From NCBI GenBank assembly GCA_963748215.1, contig CAVVHS010000009.1, positions 403,919 through 467,918 on the forward strand: DNA of 64,000 bases, written 5' to 3'. A model generated the notes under the pieces. It was not told the origin of the DNA and made no database searches. It worked only from the letters and a program-made list of their open reading frames with translations. Of the stretch, positions 53,167 to 61,835 are shown one piece after another (within the stretch, counting starts at the first letter, position 1; the number at the start of each line of letters is the position of its first letter). The stretch comes from an uncultured Gammaproteobacteria bacterium. GTDB taxonomy: Bacteria; Pseudomonadota; Gammaproteobacteria; UBA9214. The position numbers and the translations under genes were made by a program.

Positions 53167-54285
53167 TCAGGTCCGCAGGGCTGGCTGTTGGGTGTGCAGA
53201 AACCAGCGCTCGAGCAGGACGTGCTGCACGAACCAGCGGTTGCCCATGAGTCCTGTCGCCAGCCGTGACTTGACGGGCTGTGGCAGCCAGGCCGACCAGT
53301 CGCGTGCCTCGCGCGGTCCGAAACGGGCTTGCAGCCGGGCACGGTAGGGCTCGAGGTCGGCGCGGGAATAGCGTCCCCGCGCCTGCAGGATGGTCGCGGC
53401 GGCCAGCAGGCCGGATTCGATGGCAGGCCGGATGCCTTCACCGCTTTCGCTAAAGGCCAGGCCGGCGGCGTCGCCGGCCAGCAATACACCGTCGTCGAGC
53501 AGCGTGCGGTGCGCGTGCCGGTAGAGCAGGTAGGCATGCCCCTTGAAGCGCGGCTGCAGGCCGGCGGGAATGCGTCCGGCGGCGCCCAGGAACTCGTGGA
53601 AGGCGGTCACGTGCTGCGCCAGTGCAGGCTCGCCTTCGCGGCCCAGACCGATGTTGAGAAAGTCGCCCTTGCGCATGCACCAGCCATAGCCCTTGAGGTC
53701 CTTGCAGAAGTACAGCTCGGGTATGCCGGGCTGGCAGCGGCAGGCGGCGCGTTGAGCGGGATCCAGCGCGAACTCGCTCTCCTGGGCCCTGACCGCGAGT
53801 TCGGTGTGTCCGACGTCGGCACCCAGCCTGCGCGCCACCGGGCAGAAGTGCCCGCCCGCGCCGACGATCACCGGTGTCTGCAACGATCCATTGACCCGCC
53901 AGCCATCCGCGTTGCGCACCAGCTGTGCGAGCGGCTCCCCGGTACGCAGGCGTGCGTCCGCGCGCTGCAGCAGATAGGTGTCGAATTCACAGCGGCGGAT
54001 GCCGTAACTGACCACGCAGTCGTGGCCGGTTTCGAGCATGGGTCCGTCCATGACCCCGGTGCGAAAGCCGCTGATGGGCTGGAATACCCGCTGCCGCCGG
54101 TAATCCTCGATATCCAGCTCAAGCAGTTCGATGACCGCCGGCGTGATCCAGCCCGCACAGGTCTTGTCGCGGGGGAATGCCGCCTTGTCCATCACGACGA
54201 CATCCAGTCCGGCCTGACGCAGTGCGCGTGCACAACTGCTGCCCGCGGGGCCGCCGCCAACGATCAGGACATCACACCGGTCCAT
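53167..54285 (-). CDS. FAD-dependent reductase, geranylgeranyl reductase family
   Basis: IVGGGPAG, FPRDKTCAG, GYGW, AGDAAG, GEGIRPA. Confidence 0.88.
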   Translation of the reverse strand: MDRCDVLIVGGGPAGSSCARALRQAGLDVVVMDKAAFPRDKTCAGWITPAVIELLELDIEDYRRQRVFQPISGFRTGVMDGPMLETGHDCVVSYGIRRCEFDTYLLQRADARLRTGEPLAQLVRNADGWRVNGSLQTPVIVGAGGHFCPVARRLGADVGHTELAVRAQESEFALDPAQRAACRCQPGIPELYFCKDLKGYGWCMRKGDFLNIGLGREGEPALAQHVTAFHEFLGAAGRIPAGLQPRFKGHAYLLYRHAHRTLLDDGVLLAGDAAGLAFSESGEGIRPAIESGLLAAATILQARGRYSRADLEPYRARLQARFGPREARDWSAWLPQPVKSRLATGLMGNRWFVQHVLLERWFLHTQQPALRT

Positions 54286-55693
54286 GGCCTGTCAGCCCTT
54301 GTTTTGCATAGAGGTGGTCCCGCGTCCATGCAATTTCGTTGCAGTCGGGGCGGGTGAAGACCACCTGGAAGAGTTCCAGCCAGCCGGTGCTGAAACTGGC
54401 AATCGACCCGGCCAGGTAGAGACGCCAGGCCCTGACGAAGTCCTCGTCGAAACGCGCGCGCACCTCGTCCTCCCGGGCAGTGAAGCGTGCCAGCCAGTGC
54501 TCGAGGGTCCTTGCGTAGTGCAGGCGCAGGTTTTCCACGTCCAGCACCGAGAAGCCCCAGGGTTCGAAAATGTCCATCATCTCGCGCAGGGTCGGCGGGT
54601 AGGCCCCCGGAAAGATTCGCTTCTCGATCCAGGCGTTCATGGGGCAGGGTTGGTCGCGGGCAATGGTATGAATGAGTCCCCTGCCCGTGGGCGCGAGGCA
54701 GCGGTCGATAATGCCGCCCAGGTTGCGATAATTGGAGCGCCCGACATGTTCCAGCATGCCGACCGCGACAAATGCGTCACACCGGCCGGTGATATTGCGA
54801 TAGTCGTCTTCGATGTATTCGACCTGTTGACCGAGTCCTCCCGCCGCCGCACGCTCGCGCGCATAGCGGACCTGTTCGCCGGACAGGTTGTAGGCGCGCA
54901 CCCTGACGCCGTACTCCCTGGCCATGTAGAGTGCCAGGGCCCCCCAGCCGCAACCCGCCTCGATGACGGTCTCGCCGGGCTGCAACTGCAGCTTGCGGCA
55001 GACGTATTCCATCTTGGCGCGCTGGGCCTGCTCCAGGGTCAGCTCCCGGGACGGAAAATAGGCGCATGTATAGACCATTTCCTCGTCCAGCCAGAGTCGG
55101 AAGAACGCGTTACCGAGATTGTAGTGATGACTGATGTTGGTCCGCGAACTGTCCGGCGTGTTCGCTCGCGCGCGATTGCGCCACAGCTGCCAGGCCCGGA
55201 GCAGGGTGTTGTACCGGCCGGTCCGGGGCGCGGCGCGGTTGATGGTTTCGAGAAAGCTGACCAGGTCGCCTTCCACCTCCAGGCTGCCCCGGCAGTAGGC
55301 ATCACCGAAATGCAACTCCGGGTTGATGATCAGCCGCCACAGCGTATTACGGTCATGGATCTGCAAGCGCCTGCCGCCCGGTGCGTCGCCGAGTGTCACC
55401 TGCTCGCCGTTCCAGAGCACGAAGCACACGGGCGGGCTGCCCATCAGCACGAGCAGTTTGCGCAGCGCCCGGCGTTCCAGCCCGGTGGGCGCCGCGACGT
55501 CCGGCCGGTTCGCGGCGGCCGGCCGTTTGCGTGGTGGCACGCCGATGGAATGTGTTGCGCTGGCAGCTGCCGGGACCTTGTGCCTGCTCACAACGCCGTC
55601 ACTGTTTGTGCTGGCGCATTGTCCGGGTATGCCGCTGCGTTCAGTCACGGGTACCGGTATCCTGCCGGTCCGGTTCCGGGGTGCCGGGCTCAT
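54272..55693 (-). CDS. Cyclopropane-fatty-acyl-phospholipid synthase family methyltransferase
   Basis: HHYNLGN, YTCAYF, EAGCGWG, GMLEHVG, IFPG, HYARTL; true start probably downstream of 55693. Confidence 0.9.
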   Translation of the reverse strand: MSPAPRNRTGRIPVPVTERSGIPGQCASTNSDGVVSRHKVPAAASATHSIGVPPRKRPAAANRPDVAAPTGLERRALRKLLVLMGSPPVCFVLWNGEQVTLGDAPGGRRLQIHDRNTLWRLIINPELHFGDAYCRGSLEVEGDLVSFLETINRAAPRTGRYNTLLRAWQLWRNRARANTPDSSRTNISHHYNLGNAFFRLWLDEEMVYTCAYFPSRELTLEQAQRAKMEYVCRKLQLQPGETVIEAGCGWGALALYMAREYGVRVRAYNLSGEQVRYARERAAAGGLGQQVEYIEDDYRNITGRCDAFVAVGMLEHVGRSNYRNLGGIIDRCLAPTGRGLIHTIARDQPCPMNAWIEKRIFPGAYPPTLREMMDIFEPWGFSVLDVENLRLHYARTLEHWLARFTAREDEVRARFDEDFVRAWRLYLAGSIASFSTGWLELFQVVFTRPDCNEIAWTRDHLYAKQGLTGHGPV

Positions 55694-56363
55694 CTGCCGC
55701 GCGGGCAGGCGGCTGAAGATCCGTGTCAGTCGCCGGTGAGTCCCTTGCGCTGCCGGTGCCGGCCTTGCAGCCGGGGTCCTGTTTTTCCCAGCTGAACACC
55801 CGCATTGGCGGGATGTTGAGCAGTTCCAGCTCGGTCCGGCCGGCCCCCATCAAGGGCTGGCACAGGGTCATCACCCGGTCGCTGGCCTGGTAGGCCACGA
55901 AGCGCCCGTTGGGGGCGAGTTGTGAGCAGACGGCGGTAAGGATCTCCGAGCCGGTGTCGCGGCTCATGGTGGAAAAGGGAATGCCGGACAGGATGACGTC
56001 CGGTGCATCCATGCCGTGGCAGGCGAGTATTTCCTGCAGGTCACATGCGCTACCGAGGTGTGCAACCAGCCGGTTGTCTTCGATCTTGTGAATCATGCGG
56101 TAAAAGTGCGGATTGATTTCGATGCACAGCAGCCGAGCCTGTGGTGACATCGCGCGCAGCATGGCCCGTGTTGTGCCGCCGGTACCGGGACCGAGTTCGA
56201 CAATGCTGCGTGCCGACCGGATGTCGGCGCTCTTCAGCACACGCTGTTCCAGAAAACGCGAGCTTGGCGTGACCGAACCGATTTGCAGTGGATAGCGGAG
56301 AAACTCGAGGAAAAAAGCCAGCCGGTTGCGCAGCGGGCTGTCGGGTTGCTTCCCATTTACCAT
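55641..56363 (-). CDS. Phospholipid N-methyltransferase (PmtA/OlsG-like)
   Basis: IGSVTPSS, VELGPGTG, SGIPF, LLNIPPMRV. Confidence 0.82.
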   Translation of the reverse strand: MVNGKQPDSPLRNRLAFFLEFLRYPLQIGSVTPSSRFLEQRVLKSADIRSARSIVELGPGTGGTTRAMLRAMSPQARLLCIEINPHFYRMIHKIEDNRLVAHLGSACDLQEILACHGMDAPDVILSGIPFSTMSRDTGSEILTAVCSQLAPNGRFVAYQASDRVMTLCQPLMGAGRTELELLNIPPMRVFSWEKQDPGCKAGTGSARDSPATDTDLQPPARAADEPGTPEPDRQDTGTRD

Positions 56364-56687
56364 GTCATGCTTCCGTTTGTGTCGAGGTGTCTGGTCTGTG
56401 CGGGGTCGCGGGCAGTGACTTCCGGACCGGCGTCGGGTTGTGTTCAGTCGCTCCGACTTCGGTGTCACCGGTTCGGTGGCGGCAGTCTTTGCCTGCCCAA
56501 GTATCCGCTTATAGTAACCATTATTGCAATTTACGCCATGCAAGCCTGCAATACAGCTGATAATGTCAATAAACCCGGTAACGCGCCTGCCTGGCCGGTG
56601 GCGCACCCTGGTCCGCGCCGGGTTATATGATGTCAAATCGCAGCGACGGGTGCAGGCACATCCGGGCGATTGATGAGGGGGCAGGGT

Positions 56688-57311
56688 ATGGGCGTTGAGA
56701 AGATGCACTGTGAACTCGTGAGCTGGGAGCGCTTCCATGCGCTGACCCGGCAACTTGCGCTTGCCATCCACCGGGCGCCCTTCCGGCCCGAGCTGATAGT
56801 GGCGATCGGCCGGGGCGGATACCTGCCGGCGCGGATCGTGTCGGATTACCTGGATGTATACGACCTCGCCTCGATCAGGATCGAACACTATCGGGGCGTG
56901 CGCCGGGAGCGTGCCGCGCGGGTCCGCTACCCGCTGACCGCGGATGTTGCAGGCAAGCGGGTGCTGCTGATCGACGATGTCAGCGATTCGGGCGAGACCT
57001 TTGCCGTCGCCATCCGCCATCTACAAGCGCATGGCGAACCCGCTGCGCTCAGGACCGCCGTGCTGCACCACAAGTCGGTCTCCGTCTACACCCCGGATTT
57101 TTATGCGGCGCTGGTCGCTGAATGGCGGTGGATCATCTATCCCTGGGCGGTGATGGAGGACCTGCGCAGTTTTTTACATGGCATGGATCCGCCACCGACT
57201 TCGGTCGAGGCCTTCGCGCGTCGCCTGCGCGAACAGCACGGCATCGAACCCGGGTTGCAGGCCTTGAGCGACGCGTTCGCCATGCCCGCGATCGGATACC
57301 GTGATGATTGA
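56688..57311 (+). CDS. Type I phosphoribosyltransferase (Gpt-like)
   Basis: AIGRGG, VLLIDDVSDSGET, WIIYPW. Confidence 0.9.
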   Translation: MGVEKMHCELVSWERFHALTRQLALAIHRAPFRPELIVAIGRGGYLPARIVSDYLDVYDLASIRIEHYRGVRRERAARVRYPLTADVAGKRVLLIDDVSDSGETFAVAIRHLQAHGEPAALRTAVLHHKSVSVYTPDFYAALVAEWRWIIYPWAVMEDLRSFLHGMDPPPTSVEAFARRLREQHGIEPGLQALSDAFAMPAIGYRDD

Positions 57312-58332
57312 AATCGACGGCATGATGGGTGAGGGCGGCGGCCAGGTGTTGCGCAGCTCGCTGTCGCTGTCGCTGCTGACCGGGCAGCCGGTGCATCTCA
57401 TGCGCATCCGCGCCGGGCGTGACAAGCCCGGGCTGGTATACCAGCACCGCATGGCCGTGCAGGCGGCCGGCCGCATCAGCGCCGCCCGGGTCGAGGGTGA
57501 CCGGATCGGTTCGCAGGAGCTGTATTTTTCACCCGCTGCCGTTGCGTCTGGCAACTATCACTTCGATATCGGCACGGCCGGTGCAACCTCGCTGGTGTTG
57601 CAGACGGTGCTGCTGCCGCTGGCACTGGCCGCGGGCGGATCGCAGCTATACGTCACGGGCGGCACGCACGTGCCCTGGAGCCCGTGCTTTCATTTCCTGG
57701 ACTGGCACTGGCGGACGCTGCTGGCACGGCTGGGCGTGACGTTCGAGCTGGAAATGATCCGGGCCGGATTCTATCCCCGGGGTGGCGGCGAGGTGCGCGC
57801 CGTGTTGCCGGGCGGTGCGCGGCTCAAGGGGCTCGAACTCGTTGAGCGCGGCAGGCTGTTGCGGGTGCGCGGATTGTCCGCGATTGCCAATCTCGCGACA
57901 GAGGTCGGGCAGCGCCAGCGCAACCGCGCGCTGCAGCAGTTGCGCGTCCTCGACTGCGACATCGATATCGCGCTGGCCAGCCTGCCGGCCTGGTCGCGTG
58001 GCACGGTGCTGGTGCTGCTGGCCGAGTTCGAGCACAGCCAGGCCTGCTTCTTTGCGCTTGGCGCGCGCGGCAAGCGTGCCGAACGGGTGGCCGACGAGGC
58101 CGTGGCTGACCTGCTGGAATTTCTGGCGACTGATGGCGCCGTGGATCGCTGGCTGGCCGACCAGTTGCTGTTGCCGCTGGCCTGTGCCGGGCAGCCATCG
58201 GTATTGCGTACCAGTGAAGTGACCCTGCATTTGCTAACCAACGCCGACGTGATCCGGTGCTTCCTGCCGGTAGCGATAGCCGTGTCCGGCGTCGTCGGTG
58301 AGCCGGGAACCGTTCGGGTGGTTCCCGGCTAG
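57304..58332 (+). CDS. rtcA: RNA 3'-terminal phosphate cyclase
   Basis: GEGGGQVLR, IRAGRDKPGL, GGTHV, GFYPRGGG, ADQLLL, catalytic His in HLLTN. Confidence 0.94.
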   Translation: MIEIDGMMGEGGGQVLRSSLSLSLLTGQPVHLMRIRAGRDKPGLVYQHRMAVQAAGRISAARVEGDRIGSQELYFSPAAVASGNYHFDIGTAGATSLVLQTVLLPLALAAGGSQLYVTGGTHVPWSPCFHFLDWHWRTLLARLGVTFELEMIRAGFYPRGGGEVRAVLPGGARLKGLELVERGRLLRVRGLSAIANLATEVGQRQRNRALQQLRVLDCDIDIALASLPAWSRGTVLVLLAEFEHSQACFFALGARGKRAERVADEAVADLLEFLATDGAVDRWLADQLLLPLACAGQPSVLRTSEVTLHLLTNADVIRCFLPVAIAVSGVVGEPGTVRVVPG

Positions 58333-58472
58333 ATCTCGCAGCAGTGACGTGGCGGCAGCATGCGGTTGCACGCTGCATGTCTGCATGACCAGCGGTTGCC
58401 TGCGTGCGCAGCAGGCTGTTCAATCGGGAAGCGGGACTGCCTTGCCAGGTGCAGTCCCGCGCACGGTTATGG

Positions 58473-59042
58473 TTACACCACCACGTGATGCTTGCCGACC
58501 GGCGATACACTGCTGGCCTGCGGTCCGAGTTCGCCGGCCTCTTCGGCGTAGCGCACCTCGCTGCCGACTTCCAGCGTGTCGAAGCCGCCGTTCAGTACGC
58601 TGTTGCGGTGGAAGTAGATCACCCGTCCGTCCGGGGTGCCGATCTTGCCGTAGTCTTCGTCCGGGTGCAGGCTGATGACATGGCCGCCGGGCGTCGGCTC
58701 GTGCTGCTTGACGCGGCCGCGCCGTACATCGATATGGCTACGCAACTGGCGTTGCATGGCGTTGAAGGCGTCGCGGATGGCCACGTATACATCCTCGTGC
58801 GAGTGGTCCTTGTGGTGATGCGGCTGCGTCACCACCAGCTCGCCGTCCGGCACGGTGACATCGATGCGTACCTCGAACAGCCTGCCCTGGTGATGATGGG
58901 CATGTGGCGCCTCCACTATTACGCGGCAGCTCATCATCCGGTCATAGTACTGCTCGAGCTTGTCGACCTTTTCGCGGATCCGCGTTTCCACGGCTTCGGA
59001 TGGTTCCATGTTGCGGAAGGTAATCTGTAACGGGATTTGCAT
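58473..59042 (-). CDS. HPF/RaiA ribosome-hibernation domain fused to a cold-shock domain
   Basis: LQITFRNMEPSEA..DVYVAIRDAF; YGKIGTPDGRVIYFHRNSV..GPQAS. Confidence 0.92.
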   Translation of the reverse strand: MQIPLQITFRNMEPSEAVETRIREKVDKLEQYYDRMMSCRVIVEAPHAHHHQGRLFEVRIDVTVPDGELVVTQPHHHKDHSHEDVYVAIRDAFNAMQRQLRSHIDVRRGRVKQHEPTPGGHVISLHPDEDYGKIGTPDGRVIYFHRNSVLNGGFDTLEVGSEVRYAEEAGELGPQASSVSPVGKHHVVV

Positions 59043-59080
59043 AGAGGTTCCTCCTGTCGCAGGTGCTTGATGCCTGCCTT

Positions 59081-59335
59081 TCAGTGTACGCGTTCCCAGA
59101 TCAGTTCACCGTTTCTGAATACCTGTTTTACCCGGTGCAGCGGGATACTGTGCAGCTCGCCGTCGCGGTCGTACAGGTCGAAGGTGAAGTGATCGCCGGT
59201 TTCAAAGAAGATCTCGCGCAGGGGTACGCGGATGATGCGGTTTTCCACCCGGTCGTAGTAGCCGATCTCGAACTCGGCCGCGCCGAACGCCGGGTCCCAG
59301 CGTATGCGGCTGAGAAGTTGGTGGATCGGCATCAT
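59081..59335 (-). CDS. DUF504 / MJ1316-like RNA-end recognition domain protein
   Basis: LLSRIRWD, IGYYDR, IPLHRV, IWER. Confidence 0.82.
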   Translation of the reverse strand: MMPIHQLLSRIRWDPAFGAAEFEIGYYDRVENRIIRVPLREIFFETGDHFTFDLYDRDGELHSIPLHRVKQVFRNGELIWERVH

Positions 59336-59374
59336 GCCGGTGGCCGTCCAGTCGGGCCGGCCGCCATGCGCCGG

Positions 59375-59623
59375 TCATACCATGTCCTGGTAGCAACTGC
59401 CTTCGCGGATCCATACGCCGCGCCCCTCGCAACGCAGCAGATCATCGCCGCTGCAGACATAACTGCCGATGGCATAGGATTCCGAGTTGAAGTAACAGAC
59501 GCCCGTCTCCAGTTCGAGATCCAGCGACAGATCGTCGGCGTCCGATTCGTCGAAGATGGGCGAATTCTTCAATTCCGGGTCGGGGGCGCCGACTTTCGGT
59601 GCATGTTTGGTCGCATCGGTCAT
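59375..59623 (-). CDS. Small acidic four-Cys hypothetical protein
   Basis: CYFNSESYAIGSYVCSGDDLLRC..W....C; AAGGA RBS. Confidence 0.7.
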   Translation of the reverse strand: MTDATKHAPKVGAPDPELKNSPIFDESDADDLSLDLELETGVCYFNSESYAIGSYVCSGDDLLRCEGRGVWIREGSCYQDMV

Positions 59624-59698
59624 TTGGTCATCCTTACGGGTTGTGGGTGGCTGACTGATTACAGGTATTATTCAATCACTTGACTGACCTGATTGACA

Positions 59699-59712
59699 TT
59701 GAGGAAGGTCAA
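59699..59712. promoter_or_regulatory. FNR/CRP-family-like palindrome
   Basis: TTGAG-GAAG-GTCAA in the AT-rich divergent region. Confidence 0.3.
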
Positions 59713-59812
59713 TTACCCGATACTAAACGTAACCACGCTCGCAAGCACCATCAGATCTGACAATATACCGTCAAATTATCCGGATTATCGACGGCAGGGA
59801 AGAGGAAATGCC

Positions 59813-60085
59813 ATGTTGAAACCGACAGACCATGAACTGCAAGCGGCGCTGGCCGAGGCCGAACGCATGCGCGAACAGGGTGCGGATCCCCATTATCTCG
59901 CCCGGTCACTGCACTACCTCGACCATCGGGTGCGGCTGCTGGAAGCCGTGTTCGATGCGGCGAAGAACTACCTGCATTTCGGACAGGAAGAGCATGAGCA
60001 TGCCATCCTGGCCAACGCTATCGAGGCGGCCAGGAGCGGGGAACTGCACGACCGGGAGCAGGACGATGAGACGCTGGGGCTGTAG
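59813..60085 (+). CDS. Small helical hypothetical protein
   Basis: GAGG RBS; MLKPTDHELQAALAEAERMRE..DPHYLA. Confidence 0.7.
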   Translation: MLKPTDHELQAALAEAERMREQGADPHYLARSLHYLDHRVRLLEAVFDAAKNYLHFGQEEHEHAILANAIEAARSGELHDREQDDETLGL

Positions 60086-60161
60086 TACAGGCGCATTCTG
60101 CCGGTCCGTGCTGCATAAAAAAGCGGCTCTTCCCCAAATCGAGTGGGTAGATAACCGTTGC

Positions 60162-60240
60162 AGGGTCGAATTCATTCGGCCAACAACGTCGCCATCAGAA
60201 GGAATGCGTCTCGTCTGAATTGATGTGTTACCCACTCAAT
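60162..60240. repeat. REP-type palindrome with flank shared with the 13.5 kb copy
   Basis: agggtcgaattcattcggccaacaac..gccatcagaaggaatgcgtctcgtctg. Confidence 0.7.
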
Positions 60241-60308
60241 CAGGGGAAGATCCAAAAAACAGGTCTGCCATTCAGGCAGCCCTGTTACATGTTGCCGCAG
60301 TATGGCTC

Positions 60309-61685
60309 TCAGTGATGGTTTCTTGATTTCCCGCAGCTGTTGTTTACCCGCGGCGTGGTGACCAGGGCACTGGTCTTGCGGTCGATGGCGTAGCATTCGC
60401 CACCGGCAAGCTCATCGTCTGTCAGGCCGATGAAGCCACCATCGGTGTAGACGCGCTGGCCATCGGGGCTGCGAATCCAGTCGATGAAGGCCTTGGCCAG
60501 CCGCTTGTGTTTGGCGGTCGACAGTAGTGCGATCGAGTAGGACACCGGAGGGTTAACGACTTCGGCCAGGTCGGCGGCGGCGATGTCCACACCCTCGACA
60601 GCCACCGGATTACCCGAGTTCTGTGCATAGGTGACTTCGGTGATCCACAGCGGTCCCGTGAAGGACGCGTCATTGCGCACGCGTTCCGGCGTCTCGACGT
60701 GGTGCACGCGGGTTTCATGGGTATTCGCCTTGTTCAGCACCGCGAATTCACAGAACCGCAGCGTGGCGTTCCCGTAGTTGCAGGCCGGATTGGCGGCCAG
60801 GTCGAAGTTGGTGCTGACGCCGGTGCGGGTTGCCGCCGGGGAACCGGCCTGCGGCATGGCCACCGCGGCCAGGCGTGCATCCAGTTCGGCTACCTGGCTC
60901 GCTGTGCCGTTGGTGCGGATATAGTCGTCCATGAAGCGATACATGTTGTTGATGGCGTTGTGGATGCCCTCGTTGATGTGATCGACCTGCGATACCGGTA
61001 CAGCCGGATCGAGCAGATCGAGCACAATGTCGACGATCTTGTCGACGTCGGCATTGCCCGTGGGTGCCACGCCGGTGGGCATTACGCCGTCACCGATGCC
61101 ATGCGGATTGCCCTGCAGCACCAGCAGATCCAGCTTGTTCTTGATGTAGGGCTGGGCCTCGCGGACAAAACCGCTGGTCGCCAGGTCCCGCATCAGGTTG
61201 TAGTTGGTGCTGGCAAAGACGTCGAATTCCACCTGGATGCTGAACGGCAGGAAGTTGCGCTCCGGATCATTCGGGTCAACATTGCCGAGCAGCATGCAGC
61301 CGCTCTTGATCTGGTCGCGAATCTGTCCCGGCGGGATGAGCTGGATGTAATAATCACTGCGGCCCTTTGCACGTAAATCCTCCAGGGTGTAGCTGGCCTG
61401 GTTGGCAGGGATCGTCGGGTCCAGGCCGCGGGACAGGTTGAAATCGCGCATCACCTGGTCGAACACGACCCACTGGTTCCCGGCCATGCCGAGCAGCAGC
61501 TTCGCCCGCTCCGGGTTGCCATGGAACTCGGTGGTGCGGTCCGCGCCCAGCGATGCGCAATTGCCGGTATAGGAAAATGCCCGGTCTTCCCTGGCATCTG
61601 CAGGTGCCTGCATTCCAAGCAGTACGGCACCGGCTGCGCCCAGCATGAAGCGGCTGAGGTTGCTTCGTTGAATGGATCTGGTCAT
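60309..61685 (-). CDS. Exported substrate-binding protein, ModA-like oxyanion-binding fold with large insertions
   Basis: Signal peptide; MAGNQW, NKLDLLVLQGNPHGI, VHHVETP, LWITE, AKAFIDWIRSPDGQRVYTDGGF. Confidence 0.7.
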   Translation of the reverse strand: MTRSIQRSNLSRFMLGAAGAVLLGMQAPADAREDRAFSYTGNCASLGADRTTEFHGNPERAKLLLGMAGNQWVVFDQVMRDFNLSRGLDPTIPANQASYTLEDLRAKGRSDYYIQLIPPGQIRDQIKSGCMLLGNVDPNDPERNFLPFSIQVEFDVFASTNYNLMRDLATSGFVREAQPYIKNKLDLLVLQGNPHGIGDGVMPTGVAPTGNADVDKIVDIVLDLLDPAVPVSQVDHINEGIHNAINNMYRFMDDYIRTNGTASQVAELDARLAAVAMPQAGSPAATRTGVSTNFDLAANPACNYGNATLRFCEFAVLNKANTHETRVHHVETPERVRNDASFTGPLWITEVTYAQNSGNPVAVEGVDIAAADLAEVVNPPVSYSIALLSTAKHKRLAKAFIDWIRSPDGQRVYTDGGFIGLTDDELAGGECYAIDRKTSALVTTPRVNNSCGKSRNHH

Positions 61686-61736
61686 TGTTATTTCCTCCTC
61701 ATGGTTGCATCGGCTTTCAGCAGTCAGTTTAGTCGC

Positions 61737-61768
61737 TCCTGGTCCGTTCCATCAGAAACGGACCAGGA
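61737..61768. terminator. Hairpin between the SoxB-like and binding-protein genes
   Basis: tcctggtccgtt..aacggaccagga. Confidence 0.5.
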
Positions 61769-61835
61769 ATGACCGGGACCGGAATAGCCGTGCATTCTGT
61801 ACGGTTACGTGATTGCCCGGCTGCGGGCGGCTCTG

